From: Takakia lepidozioides | Lineage: Eukaryota > Plantae > Bryophyta | DNA length: 64,000 nucleotides | Assembly (NCBI GenBank): GCA_030704615.1 | Contig: CM060731.1 | Location: 55,924,001-55,988,000, forward strand | Direction: 5' to 3' | Shown here: positions 54,970-64,000 of the stretch, one piece after another | Position numbering within the stretch: the stretch's first letter is position 1 | Layout: each line of letters opens with the position of its first letter | Made by a program: the position numbers and the translations under genes | The notes under the pieces: model-generated | Databases searched by the model: none | What the model saw: only the letters and a program-made list of their open reading frames with translations | What the model was told of the DNA's origin: nothing

Positions 54970-56164
54970 ACGTTGGGTCACTCGACATGAGCCTATCCCG
55001 CCAATTTCACACTGGAGCGTAAAAAAAAAAAAAAAAAACTTCACTTCACTTCGCTGCCACGATTCCCGACGCTGGTACCCATCTGCTTTTTTCTTGCAAT
55101 TGCTGAGGAAGACGAAGTTGGGTTCACTTCAGATGCAGATGCAGACGGAGAACTATTTTGTTTAGAGACATTGTTTGTGTCGTTTGAGTAGTTTGTTATT
55201 GACAGGAGTGTCTACTACTGCCTTCCTATTACAACTCCCCTAGTTTCGTTTATCGCAGCTTCTTGTGGACCCACATGCTTATAGGTTAGCTTAACCTCAG
55301 AGCAGACACGGACAGAGAGTGGTTGATTGGAAGCGTTGTTGGAGGCTCAAAGAGGAGTGAGAAATGTTGTGGGTAGACAAGAGTTGGAAGGCAAAGAAAA
55401 AAGGTCGTAGACAAGTACCGGCCGCGAACGCTTCACAAAGTGATGGTGCATTTCGACAAAGCCCAACATCTGAAGAATCTGGTGAGAACTTTGCATCTTT
55501 GCAAAATGTTGTCTTGATCTCAGGAAGTTAACTACAGCGAGCACGTTGCAAAATCTACATTGATAGGTTTGTCACAAGTGCGCAAGGTAACTAGAAATGG
55601 TGCGAGGCTTGAATGTTATCGACTTTTCTCTATGTTCTAGAGGTGTCAAGGATAAGTCAGGACCACATAGGGCTTTGATTGCCAACATACTGCAGCGTGT
55701 GGCATCAAACCCCGTGCATATATTGGATTGACCATATACAGTTTTAATTTTCATAGACGAACTTACGAAGGCTGGCCATTTTGCTATCCACACCAGCGTC
55801 ACCAGACCTACACCACAGTGTAGCAGATTGATATACAACTAAAGCGTGTGTAGGTTGTTTGTTTACAATGAGATAAGCCCTGATCTGTTAAGCTCACATT
55901 CGGCAGTGGATCTTCGACGAAATATGGAGGGATGGACTGATCTTTGCTAAGAAAGAATGAAAGACAATTTATGAAGCTGATTGGGAGTCCAAATGGCTTA
56001 TGGTACACTGATGCACATAGAGGTGTAGAGAAAAGATACTTCATAACGCCCACAAGGTGCTTTGAGGGCCTGCAAGACAGTTTGGGTCTCACAAGGCCTA
56101 TGCCAAATAATGGGAATCTGTAGAGAGGGTGTTGAGGAAGAGATGAATGATGTTCTCTGTGTAG

Positions 56165-57340
56165 CCCGACCACATCACGTTTGTGTGTATCTTCAATGCG
56201 TGTGCAAGCCTGGCAGCTCTGGAAAAGGGCAAAGAGGTCCATGGTGACATTGTCAGAGCTGCAATTGTACCAAATGTCATTCTGAACAATACCCTATGGA
56301 CATGTATGAAGGGAGTGTGGTAGTGTGGAACATCCAAAAACAGATAACAGAGATGAGGAGAAGCTTTGGAATGAACACTTTCCGACTCCAGTCAATGGTG
56401 GGACAATGGAGACAAAAAGGTGACTGCCTGTTGGATTACAAAAAGAAGCAGATGCAATTCAGATTGGAACTACTGTAATAAGTAGGTTGTTTGTTGGAAG
56501 CACTTCACTCTATTAGTGTCAGCTGCTAGTAGCAAGGCTGTAGATGTATTCATGATTTGTACACAGGCAGGGATAGCTGAAGGACCAGGGATAGAGGTTC
56601 AGATAAAGGGCCGGATTTCAAGCATAAGATTACTTCTGATCCCTGTGGATCAATAACTATATGAAACCTGCGTGGATAGATGCTCAATTGGAAACAACAA
56701 CGACAACAAAACAATCATTTTGGTATTTGTTTGAGGCGCTCTGATTAGGGCTTTTGGATAGAAGACAACATGGAGCTAATGAAGGCACCTTCTTCAACAC
56801 ATTTCAACCTGTTTTTCCTTGTTATTACAGTCGTCCCTAAATTTTCATGTTGAATTCTGCAAGTTAGCTAGTTGGTGGATCTATGCTGGGTTTGGAGTGG
56901 TTTTGACATGTTACTGCCAATGTGGCAACAGGAAAGTATCGAAAAATAGATAACAGAGACGAAGAGAAGCTCCGGAATGAATATGTTTCCGACCACAGTC
57001 AAGGGTGGAACAGTTTGCTAGAACAAAACTAGGCTGTCATTGTCAGCTGCTAGCAGCAAGGCGAGGATGTATGCATGATTTGTGCAAAGCATGGATAGTT
57101 GAAGTAGCAGGGATAGAGTTTGGGTCTGGAATGAATACTTTTCTGACCCCAGTGCTTGTGGTGTGCTTGTGCAAGCCTGGCAGCCCTGGAAAAGGGCAAA
57201 GAGGTCCATGGTGACATCATCAGGAATTGTACCTAGTGGGCACGTATGCCAAATGTGGCAACATTGATAATGCAAAGGGAGTAGTTGACAATATGGCTGA
57301 ACGAGGTATGGTGTCGTGGAGGGCGATGATCGGAGGATAT
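56165..57340 (+). pseudogene. Scrambled fragments of a PDF-PPR gene: L/S motif pieces, two WWD-type exon remnants, one PDFKHK exon remnant, intron pieces
   Basis: KGKEVHGDI (56224, 57190); RDEEKL.N...QWWDNGDKK|GT (56331-56420); KGPDFKHKIT...KPAWIDAQLE (56606-56695); intron matches to 28066-28210 and 28460-28560. Confidence 0.85.
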
Positions 57341-59257
57341 GAAGCTGCATGCCTTCCGTTTGATTTTCTTATGTGTGTTTGCTGCTTTTAATGTTGGGTG
57401 CTTGTTTCCTATGTGTTCCTCAAAGCAATGTTCCAACAATGTGGTCCCGTGCCATTGTATGCATGGAGTAGCGGTTTGTCTTTGTACTGAGTTGCAAAGT
57501 CTATATTTCGTGTTTATGTGTGCTGTGAGTGGATGTGTAAGTGATTGCCTATATTTGATGTACTGTTGTTTTGGTGTGTGGTTACGTTTTTCCTATGGTG
57601 CTTGTGGTTGTAGAGCAAACACAGTACTGTCATACCAGTCTAGAATATATATTACTGCACGTATGTTTTTCTAAGGATATTGGTAGGAGTTTCAGTATAA
57701 TGACATACATCCTCACTTCAAGGTTAGAATGTGTTAGTGGGAGACAAAGTAGGCTCTTCAAATCAGACCTCCTCAGTGTAGTTGATTTCATTGCACTTAA
57801 TGTACCCCACTTGTATGCCTTGCCTTAATGTCTTCAATGGCCTTCTTACTTGATGGGCAATGTCTTTATAAATGTGGAGACAACGAAGCTAGGTGGGCAC
57901 TGACTCCTGGTTGCCTTTGTGCAGGAAGGTCAGTTCAAAGCAATCCACAACCTGTACCTCTTTACTTAATAGGTTTCCATTCGCAAATTGAATTGTGTTG
58001 CAAGAGGGATAAATGATGCAGTGTATGGATCAGACTCTAGTTGTGCGAATCATAAGGGTTTTGTGTGATATTAAACTCTCCTGAAGGTCATGTACTTATT
58101 ACCCAGCAGAATGTCTTTACCTGAATTTGTCAAACTACTCCATGCACCTGATGACAATCTGGTTACAGAGAATTGTTGTTGTGACATTGAGAAAAAGAAT
58201 GTTATTGTAGACAAAGAAACGCTGGCACCGATCGCGTATATGATACATAATTATCTCAAATGATACCAGATTGCTCTTGTATGTAATGGCAGTGCATAAA
58301 CCAGTCCTTCACCTACATTATACCAGTCCAATTCACTGGTTGCAACCTTAAACAATATTGGAATGTTATAGTTGTTCACTTATATAACTGTCGAACAGTA
58401 CTTCCAAAAGTGAAATGCTTGGATATGTGTTCATATACATTTGTTCACAGTGTCCCTCCCTGTCACACCTGGGAAGCATGTATCACCGCACCATGCTTTT
58501 GAAACCTCATCTGTATTGCATAGGATATTGGCGGGAACACTGAACACATGAGGCAATGAACATGCACACTGGACCCTTAACAAACTGCACACACTGAATA
58601 TAATGATGAGCAAATGCAAGAAGGTGGTGCAACAGACTGCACACACTCCATACAATGAGCTAAAGGCTCAAAAGCTCATATCCCCTCTTCAAAGTGTTTG
58701 TATGAGGCCCAGAAGAGTAGATGTGGCCATGCACACTGTATCCCTGTTTGGGGGTGCATTAATGTCTTCCTCCAAATTTGCACATATTCCATACCATGGT
58801 GGTTGTGTATACAATTCACTGCACCCCTTCACATGGATGTCAGTCTGGACAATGGGTGTTGAATTTCCAACAAGAACAAAATGTCTGGCGAATGTATGGA
58901 CAGAAGGAGGTGTTCGACCTTCAAGAAACCATCTTCAGCCTGAACTGCCCGCTGCCCCCCCCCCCCACATTCCAAAATATTGCGAGGTTTTGTGATAGTA
59001 GTGATATTTCCATGCACTCGGCAACAATGTAGGCATGGTGGAAGCACATTGGTGTTGTATGGGGTGATAACAATGCCAAAACTGGTGATGTCATAGTATG
59101 CAATAGTATAAAAATGGCCTCTTCCCACAACTAAAGTCATGCACTGTGTACATAGTAAAGTACAAGAATGGGCATACCTTGTCAGTAATCAGAACTGGTA
59201 CAGAGTGTTGGAGGTGTCAAGGCTATAGCCCTTGCATGGCACTCTGAGAACAGAAAG

Positions 59258-59329
59258 GGACGGGTAGCTCAGTGGTAGAGCACCCCACCGGAATGGGGGA
59301 GGTCCTAGGTTCAATCCCTAGCCCGACCA
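59258..59329 (+). ncRNA. tRNA-like cloverleaf / Pol III A+B box in LTR1 (non-canonical anticodon loop)
   Basis: TAGCTCAGTGGTAGAGC (D arm, A box); CTAGG-TTCAATC-CCTAG (T arm, B box); acceptor stem 6/7 paired. Confidence 0.8.
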
Positions 59330-59467
59330 TACGCCAGTGGTTTTCCAACATGGTATCAGAGCCAAGGTCGGGGCGGTGGTCAGAATGGGTGGGCATCAGC
59401 TATAAGGGCTATGCCTTGAGGGGTGTCAAGGTTATAGCCTGTGCACGTCACCTCTGAGGACAGAACG

Positions 59468-59539
59468 GGACGGGTAGCTCAGTGGTAGAGCACCCCACCG
59501 GAATGGGGGAGGTCCTAGGTTCAATCCCTAGCCTGACCA
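59468..59539 (+). ncRNA. tRNA-like cloverleaf / Pol III A+B box in LTR2
   Basis: Identical to 59258-59329 except for one base. Confidence 0.8.
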
Positions 59540-60619
59540 CACGCCAATGGTTTTCCAACACAGAGACCACTTTGGTCAAGTACTTAATCTGCTCATGCTA
59601 TGTATAGGATGGAACCATCATGCTGGAAACTGCCAGGGAAGCCTATTCAGATCACTAAGCAGGAAGTACATGAGACACTTAAGATCTCTTCCAATGCCAA
59701 GAGCTGAAGCCCTGGACACAGTTCACTATTCCTCATCCCGTGTTTTCTCATGGGATCCACTGTCCTGTTGTTCACAAACCATGGCTCCAATGAGACAGTA
59801 TAGCCATCCAACTTTATTCCTTGTAGCCACCTTAGCTTCTGGAAACTTGTTCCCTAACTGTCTCGATGGCCTCCAAAAGCCAAGCATAGTACCCACACGA
59901 CCTTCGTTGAGTTCTTGATCCACTGTTCAGACGTTTCCTTTGGATTTTTGCGAAATGCTGCCTCAACCCGAGGGCAAGTGATAAAAGAGGCCGGTGAGAG
60001 CAACAGTGCTGCAAGAAAAAAGATAGTATGTATAGTGAATCCTAAAGACAAAATGAGGAAGGACTTCTACCACGCCGCCAAGAGAATCTGAAGAGAAGGC
60101 CAATAACAACAAGGACAGCAGGAAATGATCAAAATGAGAACTCTGAATGCGCACCCTGGGAAGGCTACTTCATAGTGTGCAACAGAAAGAAAACACAAGG
60201 GGGACAACAGGAGAGCAAAGAGTTACAGTGGTGACATCAACCTGTGAAAGCACTTCGATGGAGGGAACGTCTCAGTTCTTTCTCGAGATTGTCCTCTGCA
60301 GTTTACAGATAGTGGGCGAGGTCGATATGAAGATGACTGAACCGTTCAAGCGACATGAATACTGAAGCAAAATGTCTCGTATGCGAAGCGTCCCCTTCCG
60401 CCTGTGTGTACGCACTGGCGAGAACACAATTTCGAAGACACAGAACGACGGGACGAAGACGCTGGGGACAGGTGGTCAATCACCTGGATGACAACAATCA
60501 CCGCTAAATGACGTCCATTCGTTTTGGAAGTACATTGAATGTTGTTTCAAATTTCAAATTTGAATGTTCACGGTCTCTAATATGAGTGTATGAGGAGCCA
60601 TGTTCACACACACAGGATT

Positions 60620-60900
60620 GTACGATGGCAAAGTCACGATGCGATGGATGTATTTCTTGCATTCATGGGGCATGCATGGTGGATGCGTACAGTAATACTG
60701 AGTTCAATGTGCGACAGTAGTTTCGGGAGCAAGGGACTCGGCGCGGGGGGCGGGGTTGTGGAGCGGGAGGGGGGCTTGGCATTGCGACCGTGGGCCGCGG
60801 CGCTGCCGCGAGGGGGGGCGAGGCGGAGGGACGGGGTGGGGCCACGCAGGCAGGCCTGCTGAGGCAGCATTCAACTCCCGGGCCTCTTTTATCACTTGCC
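60620..60900 (-). repeat. Right arm of ~270-bp inverted repeat; its outer 20 bp also pair perfectly with 59973-59992
   Basis: Ends GGCCTCTTTTATCACTTGCC; GGCAAGTGATAAAAGAGGCC present at 59973. Confidence 0.9.
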
Positions 60901-62340
60901 ATGCTGACCATGGAATGTGTCACGCTGCTGCAGCGCTTGTCTCTTCCACACAGTGAACACTTGACGCTTCGGTATTCACGAGTTTGATGTTGAACAAGAT
61001 CGCGTGAGCCAAGGAAATGGGTTCTGCACCGAGCTCCTTAGGATCTAGTTCTACTGCTGAGGATGTAACGGCCGGTTTGGACCTGCATTCGAAAACTGTG
61101 ATGGTTACTGGTAGCTTCTTCATCCTCCTTTGTTAGCGTCGTCATGATCACCTAGTTTACTCTTGGCAATTTTGCACCCTCTTGATTTCACGCGGCGCAT
61201 GCTCCATCCATGTTTAAATGTCAGTATATACAGAGTAGGCCCTGGCACCCAACCAATTGCATAGCCACTTGCAGCTGCCCACTGGATTATTGTTAGAGGG
61301 TTCTTATGAAAGAAACAACCACGCAGGTGAGAGATATGGAGGAGCAATCAACCAGAGATATCTATTCACATATCCCTTAGTTTCATGAGATTTAATGATG
61401 TTAGTTCAACCGCTATGATGGAACAAGAGCTTCATAAGTTTTCGGGTTCGGATTTGTGATATTGGACAGTTGGTGGAAGCAAGAGATTGAGAAAGAGGTT
61501 CACTTTCCTTGAAGAGGATACGTAGGAGAGCTTTCGCCTTGTTTGATTGGCTGCTCAGGTAGTTAAACAGAATTGGGAGTCACACCAGCAAACGGCACCT
61601 ACTTCCAGGGACACCAGCAGTATCCAGTATCATCAATCCTTGCATGAAGGTATGCACATTTGTTTACTACACAAATGTATCACAGATGCTCCCACTTCTG
61701 GTTTGAACTGTAGGCAACTGTGTTCTGAAGTCGGTGGAGTAGGTGGACTCTGTCGAGCTCCAACATGCACAAACCGATATTATAGTGTGATGGAGTCTTT
61801 CAAATCCAATTCATGCTGCATCAATCAATAACAGAATACCAAATACCAAATGATACAATCAGTATGTGAACTTTCTAGTAGTCACCATGGAATTGGATCT
61901 TGGTGGGCTTTTGACAACATTCATGCAAGTTAGTCAAGGGCTCTATCTGAAGCAGTACCACAAGAAACATACAAACATGTCCAAACTTACTATGTGGAGT
62001 AAACATGCACAGGGCTGCACCTTTAATGAAGTTCATTACGAATCGTATTCACTTCCATCTTCAAGCTTTGGAGAAGCTCCACCACCCACACCAGAATTAG
62101 GAAATCCTTCCACTATTACAAGATTCAGTCAAATTACCCCCTTTCACTCATTACCTGCTCCAGTCAAGTGCAACTATGAGCTGACTTCCAATCTATGCTG
62201 GGTAGACGGTGGAAAAGCCACAAGAATGCCCTAAACAATACATTATGGTCAATATTCTCAGGAAGTGGTGGATGAACTGAGTACCTACACAGATCAATGA
62301 ATGAAGGAAGATACTCGCACTTTTCCAGAAAAACATCGTT

Positions 62341-64000
62341 TCACCAGTAATCCCCACAAGAACAAACCCCATCTTCAAAGTGGTGAAAGCGGTTCGCATC
62401 CCGTACAATAATTGCTCGGCCAACAATCTTTGAGATGAATTTGGTGGAGGTGTGGCAGTCACCACACACCCGAAGATTCTTGATGATACGGAGAGGTGTC
62501 CTAGGGGGCGTACTGATCAGCCCAAAACCAATGGCCAGCTTCTCACTGTGGTGGCAAAGAGAAAATTCCTTTTGTTCCTCCCCTACATCATGCAATACGA
62601 AGCGCGTATCAGGCACATACCCTGCCTCCTCCATCTGCCCAGACAATCTTCTCAGCTCAGCATGGACTTCCTTCATTTTGGGATGCAATTTGTCATCTAC
62701 AACAAAGGTGTGGACCCTGTTGCCAACCTCAATGCAGCAGCGACCTGGCTCCTTTCTAACCCCTCTGACCTTCATCATTTTTCTCACCTTTGCACTATCG
62801 TCCCACCTGCCAGCTGCAGCATAGATGTTTGATAGCAACACATAAGTTGCAGCATCTTGTTCATCCCACTTGAGAATAGATGTTGCCGCGCGTTCAGCCA
62901 TCCCCACATTGCCATGGATTCTGCAGGCACCAAGCAAGGCCTTCCAAACCAAAGCATCTGGTTTCATTGGCATTTTATTAATGAGGTCCTCTGCCTCATC
63001 CAATCGCCCCGCACGTCCAAGAAGGTCCACCATGCAGCCAAAGTGCTGTACTGTTGGAGTGACCCCATGATCTTGACTCAGGGAATAAAAGTAGCATCTT
63101 CCTTCATCCAGTAGGCCAACGTTGCTGCATGCAGAGAGAACACATATAAAGGCGATACTGTCCGGCTTCAAGCCCTCCTTTTGCATTCCTTCAAATTGTT
63201 GCAGGGCCTCCCTGTAACAACCATGCTGGGCATATCCTGCAATCATGGCGCTCCACGACACCACATCTCGTTCGGCCATATTGTCGAACACTCCCTTTGC
63301 ATCCTTGATGCACCCACATTTGGCATACATGTCCACAAGGGTGTTGTTCAGAATGACATCTGGTACAATTCCAGCTTTGATGATGTCACCATGAACCTCT
63401 TTGCCCTTTTCCAGGGCTGCCAGGCTTGCACACGCATTGCAAATGCTAACAAACGTGATGTGGTTGGGCTTCACCCCTTCCCGCAGCATTTGCTCATAGG
63501 TCTCCAAAGCCTCCATCCCACGCCCCTGCTGTGCATATCCTGCAATCATCGCATTCCATGAGACCACATCTTGTTCGGCCATGTTGTCAAACACTCCCTT
63601 TGCATCCTCGATGCACCCACATTTGGCATACATGTCCACCAGGGTATTGTTCAGAATGACATCTGGGACAATTCCAGCTTTGATGATGTCATCATGGACC
63701 TCTTTGCCCATTTCCAGGGCTGCCAGGCTCGCACACGCATTGCAAATGCAAATAAACGTGATGTGGTCGGGCTTCACCTCTTCCCGCATCATTTGCTCAT
63801 ATGTCTCCAAAGCCTCCATCCCACGCCCCTGCTGTGAATATCCTGCAATCATCGCATTCCATGAGACCACATCTTGTTCGGCCATGTTGTCAAACACTCC
63901 CTTTGCATCCTCGATGCACCCACATTTGGCATACATGTCCACAAGGGTATTGTTCAGAATGACATCTGGTACAATTCCAGCTTTGATGATGTCACCATGG
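62341..64000 (-). CDS. PPR-DYW gene 3 (C-terminal part; continues beyond the window)
   Basis: Open frame to window edge; P-L-S triplets, KEPGRCCIEV, HSEKLA, CGDCH, DYW. Confidence 0.93.
   Translation of the reverse strand, partial: HGDIIKAGIVPDVILNNTLVDMYAKCGCIEDAKGVFDNMAEQDVVSWNAMIAGYSQQGRGMEALETYEQMMREEVKPDHITFICICNACASLAALEMGKEVHDDIIKAGIVPDVILNNTLVDMYAKCGCIEDAKGVFDNMAEQDVVSWNAMIAGYAQQGRGMEALETYEQMLREGVKPNHITFVSICNACASLAALEKGKEVHGDIIKAGIVPDVILNNTLVDMYAKCGCIKDAKGVFDNMAERDVVSWSAMIAGYAQHGCYREALQQFEGMQKEGLKPDSIAFICVLSACSNVGLLDEGRCYFYSLSQDHGVTPTVQHFGCMVDLLGRAGRLDEAEDLINKMPMKPDALVWKALLGACRIHGNVGMAERAATSILKWDEQDAATYVLLSNIYAAAGRWDDSAKVRKMMKVRGVRKEPGRCCIEVGNRVHTFVVDDKLHPKMKEVHAELRRLSGQMEEAGYVPDTRFVLHDVGEEQKEFSLCHHSEKLAIGFGLISTPPRTPLRIIKNLRVCGDCHTSTKFISKIVGRAIIVRDANRFHHFEDGVCSCGDYW

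Larger units (their letters stand above)
59206..59560 (+). mobile_element. TRIM (miniature non-autonomous LTR element) with a tRNA-like gene in each LTR
   Basis: LTR1 59206-59350 (TGTTGGA...TCCAACA); PBS TGGTATCAGAGC at 59351; ~65-bp interior ending GAGGGG; LTR2 ~59422-59560; TSD CAGAG at 59201-59205 and 59561-59565. Confidence 0.92.

Noticed and set aside
59258-59539. Two functional tRNA genes
   Set aside because: Anticodon loop is 6 nt or mispaired and lacks U33, the acceptor stem has an A-A mismatch, and both copies lie within LTRs

Overview
Eukaryotic land-plant nuclear DNA, TE-rich, probably from a seed-free plant judging by the PLS-PPR style (inference). There is a 500-N gap at 49447-49946. 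The host genes are three PLS-class PPR-E-DYW (C-to-U editing factor type) paralogues with intact HSEKLA/CGDCH/DYW motifs, plus several PPR fragments. Main observation: by manual GT-AG splicing, the two head-to-head PPR-DYW genes (16615-24348 minus, 24708-31495 plus) carry short upstream exons that rebuild 2-3 tandem OSB-type PDF motifs (W-x2-FF-x-DP-x2-WWDNR / PDFKHK-x5-LWID-x4-P-x-WV). This fuses a putative ssDNA-binding module to an RNA-editing deaminase, and the module is decaying in places. Each gene has a near-identical LINE (own TSD) inside an intra-PDF intron, and the two LINEs form a large inverted repeat. Also present: a 355-bp TRIM with a tRNA-like gene in each LTR (5-bp TSD, iMet PBS); two divergent Mutator-like GCM-DDE-SWIM transposase relics with palindromic GGCGCC arrays; Gypsy relics and three LTRs of one family; an rve-type integrase relic; an orphan, mutated 25S rDNA+IGS fragment; and a roughly 270-bp inverted-repeat pair bracketing scrambled PDF/PPR exon debris. 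All gene models are read by eye and have no transcript support.
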